DNA of 64,000 nt from Lingula anatina. Lineage: Eukaryota > Animalia > Brachiopoda. Below, piece by piece: positions 26,344 to 40,019 of the stretch. The translations under genes were made by a program, and so were the position numbers. Positions within the stretch are counted from its first letter, which is position 1. The number at the start of each line of letters is the position of its first letter. The notes under the pieces were generated by a model. The model was not told the DNA's origin. It made no database searches and saw nothing but the letters and a program-made list of their open reading frames with translations. The DNA lies in the NCBI GenBank assembly GCA_051362555.1, contig CM120645.1, positions 9,672,001 through 9,736,000 on the forward strand, written 5' to 3'.

Positions 26344-26385
<42 letters not shown>
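25915..26385. repeat. (TA)n tracts flanking a foldback (inverted-repeat) element
   Basis: (TA)~40 at 25915-25995 and (TA)n at ~26348-26384. Arm ATAATAAAAAGAAAAAAAGAACAGCAACTTTTTTTGCCCCAAC (~25992-26035) has its reverse complement at ~26268-26312. Confidence 0.85.
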
Positions 26386-26386
<1 letters not shown>

Positions 26387-29300
26387 TGTTAACGACAGCG
26401 TGTTTCACTTTGCTTACACTATAAAAACCAATGTGTAATTTTCAATTTTAACATTCTGTAGCCAAACATTACGCAGCATGGGTTGCAGTGTTATGGATTG
26501 TTTTCCATTGAAATTTTTAAGACCCCCGACCTCCCAAATAGAAAGCATCATATCCAATTTTAACTTGTTGATTAAATTGGGTGAGAAGTACTCAGTGACA
26601 TCTTCATATGGCATTTAGCCAAGCAGACATTTGTCTCTTTGAAATATTCATCTACATCAATATTCATCGGGTAGCATTAGTTTACCAGTGGAATCAAAGC
26701 TGGGACAAGTAATCGTACATGATACAAATCACAATACACGGATCAATTTAGATTCGGATCCTGATCTTTACCCTTGAGAACATTTGGAAAGCTATTACCG
26801 ACAAGTATCCAGTCAGCAGACATTTGCTTTTATTCATCGAGGCTGAGTGGTCTGCGTTTGGCTTACGAAACTTTTGGTAATTGAGCCACCTCAGCGCAGG
26901 TTTGGAATCGGTTACAAGTGTCTGTCTACAAACTTTCATTTCAATCCGTTTTACCCCCTTCCCCAACCTCACCTAACTCCTCTCGCTGATATTTGTTTGA
27001 ATTCAGGCATTTTAGGTCGTTTAAATCCGACTCGATCCACAAGTTGGAAAAAAGAAAAATCTACTCGTTTACCTTGGTCAGAGATTGGCAACCCTGCAAA
27101 GTAACAGAGACAGTTTCATTGTGGATCAATGCCACATTAATAATGACGTAGCCTGAATCCACTGTATTAGTGCACTGATACAATAAAATTGCCGGTGCTA
27201 CAAAACTAAGGACAACACAGACGTTTCTCTTTTTAATGAAAATATATTTAAAAAACTATTTCCTTAGTAACAATACTGCGATGCGAAAACGCATAGTCTC
27301 GATTTACTGAAAATGCAACCAATTTCCATTTTGGTAAGATGGCGGCTATTGTGGGCCGGAAGCAATATTGCGTGGTAGGGTTTGATTAATCATGTATTTT
27401 GTCGCAAACGCTTTGACAAACTGTCAGTTTCATTGATCACTTGGGCTGTAAAAATATATGTAATTTCCCTACCGATCCATTTGCCATATACAGTAATGAC
27501 ATAGGGCGGTTCGCGATCATAACCAACTCGTGCTTTTACACGTTTTCACTTTAAGTGAGTCTTGTATGGCGCAGAGGCGTTTGAATTCGATTGCAAGAAA
27601 ATGAAAAGGCCGAATCTGTAAGGGTCGTTCTGTTTGTAGTTATTAATAATTGTGTAGAGGTGGGCAACTGCTGAATCGTTGGCAGTATAATTGTGCAACT
27701 CAAAGTGTTTGCCATGACTTCTTTCTAATTCATTGAAGGATCTGACAATTAAAGTGGTGACAGTTTGACTTGGCATCTGCCTCACAATAAATGTGTACTT
27801 CCAGGCAGATGTCCCGAAGAGAGTCACCTCGCAGTTACACCATGTACATTTTATATGCTGTACAAACGCCGCTATACGACATGCCTAGGGTTGTGTGCCT
27901 TTTGTTTGTTCTTGATTGATGATTTCTAGTTAATAATTCGTATTCAACCAGATGTTTACATGCTCTCAATAGGATGGCTTTCAGCTCATGAACAAGCAAT
28001 AAAACCATCAGTCGACAGCGCTACTGAATAAAGTAAAACAAGCACAAGGCGATATGTTTCTGGTTATTCGAGACAAGTGCCGTTGTTTGTTATTGGACAA
28101 TTAAAACGGAAGTGAATTACGAGATTTTTTGCTGGCATTAATCCTACGATGAAAGGTCTTCTGCAGGTTGCGATTCCAGCAATGATAGGGCTATGATGAA
28201 AGCTTTTAGGGAATTTTGCATCACACACATATGGCAAACTGGAGTAAAGACCTCACGCTCTGCCATTGGAATCAAGATAAATTTGCAGCTTTTAGCTTTT
28301 AGTCGAAATAGTGGTCAAGGCGATAGCATTTCTTTACATTGACAAGCAATATTACGAAAAACCTCGGTTTTATACCGAAGACGGTCAAAATTTATTGTAC
28401 TATACGCGTTTAAGCGACACACGCGCGTCATTACACATTCATAAATCCAATAATGTGTTTTACACACGTGCACGGGCACGCACGCACGCACACACACACA
28501 AACACTTTTTCTTTTGTAGACGACCAGAAAAGTTTACAACAGAAACATGTATCTACATAGCGTATCTTTAGGTTCGTTAAATTAGAAAGTCACAGAACAT
28601 CTGACAGCGTTTCCTATCATATAATTGGTCGGAAATTACTCACTCGGGGTTTTCAGTTAAGCTCATTTTGGGTAGGCTATTGAATGATGTGTTAAGCAAT
28701 AATGAAAAGCTCGACTAGTCGTCAAAGGAAAAAAAATAACATTTCATTAACAGGGGGCAACTTGTGTTATATAAATATACACTTAATACATGGTTTCGTT
28801 TTGATTTGTGTCTTGCACGAAAAAGGGTAATGTGTTAGCTATGAACATAAATCTACTAAAACCCGCAGTTTATCACATCGCCTACAGAAGCTATTAAGTG
28901 AATTAACGGTCTGAGTGTTCAATTATTTTGATTACGAAGATTTTGCCATCAAAAATAATTACGCCATGGGATATTATCACATCTATAGATTTGATTTTGA
29001 TCGGGATTTTAACCCGGGTCAAAATTCCACTGTGCATTTTTTAAGTGGAGTCTTTGAGGCCATTACAATTGATATCAGTTTTGAATAAAACCTGTACAAA
29101 TGCTTGAAAACGTAAATTGTTGGTATTGGCCTAAAGAACATTTCACTGACTTTCCGTTGTAAACCCAAACCCGAACCTTAACCAATAATATACTGTAAAG
29201 ATTACTTAAAGTGCAAGTTCTCATAAAACAGCGTCTTTCTTCATCAAACATAAATAAAACATTCAGACTGTAAAGATACAATGTTATATCTAAGCATATT

Positions 29301-30183
29301 TCCATATTTGATCGCGTTTCGATGAAGATGTTTCACGATGCTCAACACCTCTCTCGCTGATTAATATTAGGAACAAAGCATCATAAAAAGCACTTTATAC
29401 GACAGCTAATGATGATAAGTTTTCACTTCATCAATTCTGTTATGTATAATAAAAACAGAAAACAGACAGCGAGGAGCTCCGGAGAAAATTGGCTCTCTTA
29501 AACCTTGAAGACAACAGTAAGAGTTATGAACTGTGAGACGCGTTGTTATGTTGGGTAGAATTCAGCTGCTAATCCATTATTGTAAACATTGAACAGGAAT
29601 AAAACTCAAGAGGTTGTCATAAAAGTCTACTTTTCTAGTGGACCGTAAGATAAAGATGAACTTTCACATCAAAGAGAAATAACTTTTGGGTCTTAATACG
29701 GATGGGTGGCATTACACCGCAGTGGGCTGCAATGGTGCATTGTGCCAACTATTGACAAAGTTATACATAATAGACTCGTTGACTTTTAAATATGGTATTG
29801 AATGACAACAAATGCACGAACAGGCGAAGGGTGCGTCTACACAAGCAAGATGTTTCTGCAACAATTTAATTTTAAGTTTCTATTTTTATCAGCTTACAAT
29901 AAAAATTCTATACAATAATATCATGGTGCATAGTGTCAGAATTCAGTTTCTGAAAATACATTACCACTGTCAGCTCAACAGGTACGTTAACGCGTATATG
30001 CAACTTAAAAAAAGACTAAGCTGAACAGAGAACACGGTCCCCTAAGTATACAACATATTGCTTCCTGCAAGAATATCAAAAGACATTGAAAGAAATACTG
30101 TGTTTTTGCCTTTGAGGTGTAACTTTATTTATGTCGCGGTTTTCTTGACGAACCTGACACCCTACCTTTGTGATTGCACATAC

Positions 30184-30233
<50 letters not shown>

Positions 30234-31859
30234 CGTAATTTGAAACAGGAAATGCCAGATTATAATTGACACTCGGCAATAAGATTGAATTGTTTTTGGT
30301 CTTTGGAAAATTGCATTAATCTGACAAAGTGTATCTTAAGAAATATCCGAAATTGTTTTCGACGTAATAGATATGAAAAATGACGATAGATGAGAATTTC
30401 GAGAAGAAAAGAGCAGTATCAGTTACCCTTTTCATCATACAATCTGAAGATCGATGCGCTACTGTTTGTGGCAGTGAACAGAAATCGTGTCAATTAATAA
30501 CAATTTACAAATTCGATCAAGGATTTCGAACTTATCATTTTATCTACTTTGAAGGAATGGACGTATATAAATCCCGTCAGGCGTTACAACAATTCTCATT
30601 GTCGTTTATGACTGCATGGTTCTGAAGAGTGACAAGACACTGCAACCGACTTAGATATATCTTACACAATCAAAGGTAAAGTGCTATCGTGCAGAATAAT
30701 TCGTCCACATTTATCTTTTCACCAAATTGATTTTTTAACAATGGATCCCATTTCTTTACCCTTTATAATCTTTCTGCAGCATGCAACGTTTTTCTATTTA
30801 TGTTACGGCAGCATTCAGGAAACGATTTTTGTTAAAGTCGACCATTTTCATATCATCATGTTATCACTTTAAATAGCGTCTGTCAACATCCCAACACACA
30901 TTATTTTCATTTCTCTCTAAGGGTGGTGTATTGTGTGATATTTCGTCGTCATATGACGGTAGACAGACGGAGAACTAGCGCGATAAAAAAGAGCATTCTT
31001 GTCGCGCGTGTATCATATCCTAAAATCCTAGTTCTTAACAAGAGGACGGCACCCTATGCCAGTAATTTGTAACCTGGACAACATTCATTCCAATCTCTTG
31101 GTCCTTTCACGTAATATTTAATGTTCCTGTCGCGGTGAAAAATGCCCTTAAAGGCTACAAATGCCCCATGAAAACTTCATAAATGGAAAATAGTGGAGCA
31201 ATGGCGCGGTCATTACAAGAATAACCGCTGTAACCTCGTCGGCCGCGGTGTTTCGCGGAAATTAATAGAGGGTTAATAGGGCACAGTGGCGCGTGCATGG
31301 GGCTACATTTTATTAAGCTTATCCACCGGGTTACTTTGCAAAGCTTTTTTAAAGGTTCATTTACCAACAACCCAGTACATAGATGACAACAGCTAAACCT
31401 TGTTTTTTATTTTGGGCACTGAAAGGTACGCGTGCTGAACACGCAAATTGGGAAGACACATTTCCTGTCGATCTCTATATGTAGTGATATACACGTCATC
31501 TGAAGACAGATTTTCCTATACAGGTTTGCAAGATAGGCAAATAGCATGCTTTAGACTCACACACCATACAAAAAGAGTTGATTCATCTCGACTCTTTTTG
31601 TTTGACATCTATAAAAATCAAATCCCATTAATAAACCTTGTGACAAGAAATTTCATCACGCAAGATTTCGCTAAAATCTAGTATATAGATTTCCTGTAAA
31701 CCTAATTCGCATGCCATCTTTATACATATCTTGCTCAATTTAGGTATGACAGTAAATTAAAAACAAAAACAAACACAATTCATGTAAGTGTAAAGCAATT
31801 CATGCCTGATCCATTTACTTTTTTCGTTTTAGATGGTATAAGAAGACCAATTGGGGGAA

Positions 31860-34800
31860 ATGCAGTGTATAAATAACATCCTACTTTCGCTCCTCGTTCT
31901 TGTTCCTGTGCCACTCACATGTGGGCAAAGCAAAGAAGATCGAGAGGCAAACTTTCGAAGCCAGGTTTTAAAGTGCCTAGAAAATGTTTACTGGACCGAG
32001 GTTGAGTATACGAAGTTGTTGGAAACAGAAATGGCGTCCTCCTCTGAAAGCGATGTCATGACGTCATATTTCACTAATTTAACAATGACAGCGTCCCCGG
32101 AGACGGTGACGTCACTCTCTTTAGAATACGATCACCAGTGGCAATCTGTTACTCATAATATGGTGCTAGAGACACAAACAACACATGTGGGATGGAACTT
32201 GCGTGGAACAAGCATCGAAACAATTACAGGTACCTTGTCGACCGTCCCGTTGAAAGAACACAGTGCGATATTTGAGAAAACTTCATATGTTGTTTCCCAT
32301 TCCTCTCCCAATACGGTGCCTAAAAGTATACAAGCAGCTACGGGTACACCCGCTACACATAGTAGTAGTAGTTTATTACATACGGTTACTGACACATCGA
32401 TTGTGGGCTATGGCGGTGGAGAAAACAGGTCTTCTCTTCCCGGTATTCTACCCTCGCAGATGGAAACTGCAGGAAAGGAAAACCAAGTCGGCACGGATCG
32501 GTTGCCTGATACTGCAATAAGGACAGCCCAATTCGCTTCTACACAAAGGCAAAACAACGGTAATGGGATAAGTGAAAAAGGAAGGTACCGTGGTCTCGAT
32601 GATGTTACAACATTCGGTGTTGAGCAGAAAACGATCTCGCGGGATTTATCTAGTGTATTTTCAATACATTCGGCAAACATTGTACCCAGTGGACCCCTCG
32701 CAACCTTCGGTTATAGCTCAGATGAAAGCCTTCCAAAACGCAGACGCAATAATAAGAAAAGGAAACGAAAAAAAGGGAAAGGTCGCAGGAATCGAAAGGG
32801 TTCCAGAAGAAGACACAGTGGCTCAGGAGAGGTGAGAACGAGGGTTCACAGCACGCCCCTGCGTACACAAGCGTTTTCAAATACAGTAATTGGAACATTA
32901 ATACCAAGACACAACGAAGAGAGGCATGTGGGACCAAATGAATCAACTGGGAATTCCATACTGCCAACAAATAGTAAAACCCAGACGACAGAATCTGCCT
33001 CGGCAGACTACATTCAAATCTCAACAACGAGCAGCCCTTTTGGAACTTATGATTCCACATCGACGGAAATTTTTGAAAAGGCCGTTACAAAATTTATCCG
33101 ACAGGCTTATAACACCAGTGGTACAAATGACAATATAGCAGGAAAGAAAATGGTAAATAATTCCAACAGCACCTCTGTGCCCTTATGCCCAGGTGCTACA
33201 ATCGAGTTTTTAAACGTTTTTGGAAATGACACCAGCAATATTACAAATGTGTCTTCGCTGCCTTACGCAAGTTGTGACAATAACACAGCAAACGCATTAA
33301 GTCTCAACGCAACCCAGCACAATGTGTCGGGTGTCTCAACTACAGCAATCACTAGTAGCGATTTTACAATTATTATTCAGCGGATCCTGCGAAACCTAAC
33401 ATCAAAGTCGGCTCGACAAGGATTTTTAAAATGTGTTCGTAAAATTTGCGGTCAGGGGCACGGAGAATCAGGGTGCGGAAGTTACATGTACTTAACGTCT
33501 CCATGCGGATCGTTTAGCAGCATTGGCTATACGGCCGCCCAAGATAGTTATCACAATCACGCCTCTTGCCAGTGGATTATACAAGTCCCGAAAAACCACA
33601 TGGTGAACTTGACATTTGTCACGTTTTCTATTTCCTATTCAGGCTTCACTTGCAGTCGCGGGAGTGTGGAACTATATGAGGGGACGAATATGACAACTGC
33701 GACTTTTATCAAACGTTACTGTGGTAACAGGGAACCCTGGAGCGTGTATTCAACTGGGCGTGGCCTCACGGTGCTGCTTACGTCAACAGTACGTCATCGG
33801 TTCAGAGCAGAATATGAAGCGGTCAATGTTAGGGAATGGCGGTTTCTGAAATCAGCTATGAAGTTGTTAGAAGGAGAGGGGCGACTCGTCACAAGTAATG
33901 CAACCGTATCGGTCATGACAAAAACCCATGCAATTCACAAATGGTATATCAAAGCTGCAATACGAAAGTATATTCAGTTATCGTGGCAGATAAAGAAAAA
34001 TGAGAACGACTCAACTTCTTTCTTCAAGGTTTACAGAGGAAGATCTGAGCAAGGTATTCTGTTTCCGGGAACCGAGATTTCTCGAGAAAGCGCGAGATCT
34101 GGAAATCTGACGTCACTGCTTTTTGAGCTATACGTGGTTGTCGGAGTCTCAATCGAATATGATGACGTCTTTTCATTGGTAGCCAGATATCGAACTTTAG
34201 ACCCACCAAAATGTTTCAAACGGAGCAGGTACCGTTCATCACGCCCTCTTTTATGTGTGGAGGATATGAAACTGACAGCGACTGACAATATTAAAATCCA
34301 CAAATCGGCCTTCCAAATTAACCAGAATGGGACATACAAGCAGTACTCCATAGAAATTGGACGGCCTGGTCTGGTTGCCAACTTCAAGCTTCATCAACTT
34401 TGGTTCCCATACAAAAATAATAGATTGTGTCATAAAGCCGGCATTATGTTGTATACGGTGACGTCTCAACAACACAGACCATTACTGGGCCCAATCTGCA
34501 GTAGAAATGCAATTTTCCAAGAGCCCATCCCGTTGCCTGATACCACCGTACACGTTGTAGTCTATGCAGAGCCTTACAGTGACAAAGTCGAGTTAAGCTC
34601 TGCCTATTTTCTTGACATAGAATTAGAACTGGTTCAAGATTTTCCCCGTGTTCTACTTTCACCTCCTTCCGACTATGTTAATTCAACGAGGTTTTCAGGA
34701 CAGCAGGATGGATTAACTATTACAGTGAACAATTTGACCACCGCTGACAGTGTTTCACACTCTCTTTCGCTGTCTCTCACGGAGAATACTTTGAGTAGTC

Positions 34801-37800
34801 TTTCCCATATTCTAATATTTTACGCTGGACAATATGACGACGTCAGGAGCGCCACCTTTTCAATCCAAATCAACGTAACCGATTCACTACGCAGAGCACA
34901 TGCCACTGTTAAAATGTATTCGGATTCCGATTTACAAGATTGCATAAAGGCGATGACAAACATAGGGAATGGCAAAGTGCCTTTACTGACAACTGCTCAC
35001 TTTGAGGGGACATCCTTTGACGTGGAGTACAGTATACGTTGTCCTTGGGTGGCGAGTTCGTTCAGGCTACATCTTGCAGTATACACAGCATCGGACTGCA
35101 TTGCAGACTACACAACCCCATTGTCGTGGAATAACGATCAAGTTCATGCTATGGCAATCCCATTTGATTGCTCACATCGGCATTGCAATTGCTTCCACCA
35201 ATCTTCTCCTGTCCCACACCCGTCTCTTCAGCAAAAGGACCTCTACTATTATCACACCAAATTTGGCACGGGGATCGATGGGCCTCCCTGGCAGTACTAT
35301 ATTATTGAGTTACGCCCAGAGGAATGTCAATCGCTCTCCTCGGCCCATACTTTCATCGAGAGCAAGCACGCGGAGATACGAGAATTCATGAACACCACGG
35401 TAGGAGACAGCATTCAGCTGGCTTACTGGAAACGGCCCACATCGTCAGCCAGTGTCATCAAGACTATTGGGTCCTATGAAGTCAACGTGCGACTTTATTT
35501 TGAGAGCGACTACATGATGAGCCCCAAGAGACACCTTGAACTCGTGTACAGCTTATTTCAGTACGACCTGACGATAGACGGCGACACTTACGAAGCGTCA
35601 GAATGCCGTGGTGGTGAAATTGCGTTTGATGGCGCATGTTACGGTCTAAATGCATCTCCGGCTAACATCACGTGGGCAGAGAGTGAAGCTGCGTGTAGAC
35701 GCCTCGGTGGCAATTTGGTAAGCAATATGAAAAATAAAGTTTTCTCCTTGTCAGGTGCTCTATTTTATTGGAAGAATGGCAGATGTTTATCTCTGTGAAT
35801 AGCACTTACGGGAGTGTAACCAAGTTTCAATCATATGTGCATTCAAAGATTGTAAAGTGGCATACATGTGTCCTTACAACAGCCCTTCCCACTCTTTGCG
35901 TATATCCCCAGTACAGGTATAAGTTCCTTGCGATTTTTTCAATGTTCAGATACAAGTTTACTATTGTGAAGTCTTTTTTTTTTCTTGTAACTTTAACTTA
36001 TGCACATCCAGCATGTAAATAAGTTGAAGTGAAACATTAATGCAAATTTGTTCATGGCTGCTCATTGCAAAAATAATATAACTTCTCGTTAAGTGTGACG
36101 GGGGATCAACATATGTCAAAATCATTGCTCATAATTTTCGTACACTTCTCAGGTCAGTATTGTATCTGAAAAGGAACTGAGCTTTCTGAAAACTGCAATC
36201 CGCACCAGATGGAAAAATGCCATCTATTTACAGAAAAAGAATGTGGTGTTCATAGGATTAATGAAAGAGAAAAATAAGGTATGCTTTTTCGTGGGGCTTA
36301 TTCGATTCAATAACCATGCATTTTAGATAAAGTTTTATAAAGATGTACAAACAGTAATTTTAAAAAATGGCCTATTGCAACTCATGGAAAAGAACCAAAA
36401 CCGTAGAAAGGTTTGTGTGGCGCATTTCGCATTTCGTTGCCGTCAGAATGGATCCAAAGAGCATACATTTCTCATGCTTAATAAGCCTGTTTCCTTTCAC
36501 TCGACTGCACCTTTATTCAGATTATTCTTAAGCACTATGTACAGCTAACAGTTTTATGTTCCTTTGCAGAACTGGTTCCGTTGGTCTGACAGCAGTCCGA
36601 TAGGTGTCACTGACTGGTTCAGACCGTCTTGGCCCACTGACATCAATGTCACAGATATTCTGGAACACCCGAGTATTTCTAAGCTACTGCATCTCTACAG
36701 ATTCCTTGAAACCCAACAACCTTTAATGGACGTCTCACTGAATTGCACTATGATGTTAATTCATGGCGCAGAGCAGTTCACCAATTGGGTTACGATTCCT
36801 TGCTATTTTCCAATGGAGAGAGTAAGTTATATATGTAAACGTATGACGGAATCTAAATTAACAAAGCTGTCGAAGGAGACTCGATCATATTTCAAGAAGA
36901 TAGGCATAGACCATGATGTCTATGATGATAAAAAACACGACATCGGCAAAAGTGTCCCCTCCTGTGGGAGGGGTTGGCTGTATCACCAGGGCGTATGCTA
37001 CAGACTCAGCAACTTGGACTATGTTTTTAACACGTCAAACGTAGGCAGTTTCTCTTCCACAGGACCACGTCATCCACCGTCACGAGCAGAACACGAGACC
37101 TGGGAAAGCATGGCGCGCATGTGCAACATGTCTTTGGACGTCTGCAGACCTGCCTTCCCAATGGAAACCATGGCAACGACCCCAGATTTGATGTCTGCTC
37201 TAGAACGCTATCATCACGCTTTTGGAGATGGCGGGGTGTGGATCCCAGACAACGCTGGTACCTGTTCAACCCTATTAAACGCGGGTATGTCGCTCACATA
37301 CACCGTTGGTAATCTTAAAACCTGGTTTAAAGAATGTAACGTGTCTTTCCAAAAAGAGCAGTGGTTTCTTTTCGAACTGCTTAAAAAAAGCCCATTGAAA
37401 TTACGTACTCCGTACATAGTTCAGAACACGCGGCACGTCCTGTGTAGAACGCCTCCGGAATATAAATTTATGACCAAACCAACAGCGGACCCAACCCTGG
37501 ACCGTAACGCGGTGGAGAAGTACTGCCCATCCCCATGGCACTTCCGGTGCTCCGACAAAACCTGCATACTACAGCATCACAAATGTGATGGCATTAAGGA
37601 CTGCCTGGACGAGAGTGACGAACTCGATTGCCTTTACTTGGATTCTTGTGATAAACACCGCTGCTACCATAAATGCAACAACGGGCAGTACGTGCCTTTG
37701 TCAAAAGCGTGTGATTTTATAGCTGATTGTAAAGACGCCTCGGACGAGTCGAACTGTGTGTTTCAGACTTGTCCCAACGATACCTTCTCGTGCAAGAACG

Positions 37801-40019
37801 GTCAGTGTGTGTCTCTGGATCATCGCTGCGATGGTAAAGAACATTGTTTTGACGGGTCGGACGAGAAACAGTGCGACTTCAGTACAACCGCGTGCCTGAG
37901 AGGTACACGTGTGCCTGCCATTTCTTCAAGCATCTTGGCGCCATTTTGTCCATCTCAACTGAATATCACCTTGTTATACCAAACACGCGAAACATGCGCT
38001 GAAGGCACCTTTTCTTGCTCAGATTCTGACCCATCGTGCTATTCACTGGCTGAAACCTGCATTTATGAGTTCGACGACCAAGGGCACTTGTTTCCATGTA
38101 GAATGGGCGAGCATCTATCAAACTGTGAAGATTTTGAATGTCCGAGCGATTACTTCTTTAAATGTCCTCGATCGTATTGTATTTCCCTGTCCAGGGTGTG
38201 CGACGGAACATGGGACTGCCCGTACGGGCTGGACGAGAAGAGCTGTGAACGCTACAGCTGCCCCGGCATGTTCCGGTGTCAAGGTCACAGGGAGTGCATA
38301 CACCACGACCTCGTGTGTGATGGCATCGTGCACTGCAAAGACACTGGAGATGATGAAAAATTTTGCAAAACCCCAAAATGTCCGCTAGGCTGTTATTGCA
38401 TGGGGTTCACTATTGATTGTAGTATGAATGATCTCAGGGAGTTGCCGGCGGTTGACAAAGAAATACGAGGTCTCTTTCTGCCTTTTAATAAACTTGCTCC
38501 CAATTCCTCTTCATTTCACGGTTATCACTATCTACGCGTCCTGGACCTTTCGGAAAACGATATAAAAGAATTAATTCCGAACACTTTTCAAGATTTAGTC
38601 AACCTTGTTGAATTAAATTTAGCTAACAATGACATTTCAGCGATAAAGAAGGGGGCGTTTGTAGGACTGGCCAATTTGAGAACATTAAATATTGGAGGCA
38701 ATCCACTCTATGTCTTGAAAAGCTTTGCTTTTTCGGAGCTGAAAAATTTGCCTAGTTTGAACATCTATAAAACAAAACTTCAGACCATAGAAAGCAATGC
38801 TTTTCATGGGATGTCGGAGCTGAAAAATCTAAGCATCGAACAGTCAGACTTAACAACTGTCACAAACCACTCTTTCAGCGGTCTTCAGAAACTAGAACTA
38901 CTAAGTCTTGATGGCAACAAGCTCCCGCCGCAGTCCGTGCCTTATGGAATATTCCTTAATTTATCAGATAACATCACCCTGAACACTGGCTCGTTCCGCC
39001 TGTGTTGTCTTGCCCAACACATACCAAACTGCCTGCCGCACAGTAACGAATTTTCGTCGTGCGAATACCTCATCGACGACATGGTCATTCGGCTGCTGGC
39101 GGGTTGTCTGGCAGGTGTTGCATTCACTTGTAATCTCGTAGTCATCATATGGCGTTGTACCAAAGTGAGCAACTCTGAAAAAATCATCCCTCTTCTTCTA
39201 GAAAACATGGCCTACTCCAACATGCTTATGGGCCTCTATTTGGTGATCGTGACGTCAGCAGACCTTCACTACCGCTTCATCGGCCCCGTCTACGCCGTGG
39301 AGTTTGACGAACCGTGGAGGGACATGTTTTGGTGCAGGTTTGCCGGGTTTGTTTTTGTGTTATCAAACCAGGTTTCCATGTTAACAGTTGGCATAGTGAT
39401 GTACGAGTGCTACGCATGCGTAGTGCTACCACATCTGAGCAACTTCCGATTGAAGCGCCGAACTGCTTTCATATCCATAGCGTGGTTATGGAGCGTCTCT
39501 ATGCTATTTAGTTTGCTGCCTTTTCTGGGGATTCCGCGCCTAAATGTACGGTCCCCAGTTTGCCAGATATTCCATTTCTCTCAAGGCACGGATCAAGACT
39601 GGGGGTACTTCACCTTCATATTCCTTGGCTTCTACAGCCTAGTCCTTGTAGCCATCACGTACGGCCTTCTACGGATTTGGTGCCACATTCCAAAAAAGGA
39701 CCAGAATCTTGACGAAGATTATTTCGCCGAACGGACCGCCATTAAGAGACGCGTTGTCCGCGTGGTCACAATGGACGTTGCCTGCTGGTGGATGGTGCAC
39801 ATTTTGGGTATTTTGGCCCTTGCTGGGGTACAAATAGACAAGCAACTCTCAGCGTACACCATGCTGGTCATATGGCCGATGCCGGCTGTGGTCAATCCTA
39901 TATTATACTTTATATTTTATATCAAGAAAGGAATCAAATACCCGGATTACATGGAAGTATACGAGCCTTGTGAAAAGCACGTGTCGTTTTTCGGGATGGA
40001 AGTTGAGACTTCCATATAA
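31860..40019 (+). CDS. GRL101-like LDLa-LRR-containing class A GPCR (~2477 aa): signal peptide, S/T-rich mucin-like region with polybasic tract, CUB (+ degenerate CUB-like), C-type lectin domains, ~6 LDLa, LRRNT + ~7 LRR, hinge, 7TM
   Basis: Three in-frame coding exons: 31860-35717 (TTG|GTAAGC), 36153-36278 (VSIVSEKELSFL..VFIGL, AAG|GTATGC) and 36570-40019. Signal MQCINNILLSLLVLVPVPLTCG; CUB CQWIIQVPKNHMVNLTF..YCG; CTL GACYGL..TWAESEAACRRLGGNLVSI..FRWSD; LDLa CDGIKDCLDESDE; LRR LRVLDLSENDIKEL; hinge LCC..FSSCEYLI; TM7 NPILY. Confidence 0.92.

Noticed and set aside
30186-30231. Poly(A) run as a retrocopy tail
   Set aside because: No adjacent AATAAA, TSD or upstream ORF was seen.
31851-40019. 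Treating the 1315-aa and 1151-aa ORFs as two genes
   Set aside because: They hold the two halves of one C-type-lectin domain, joined in frame through exon 36153-36278. The ORF tail 35718-35798 is intron read-through.
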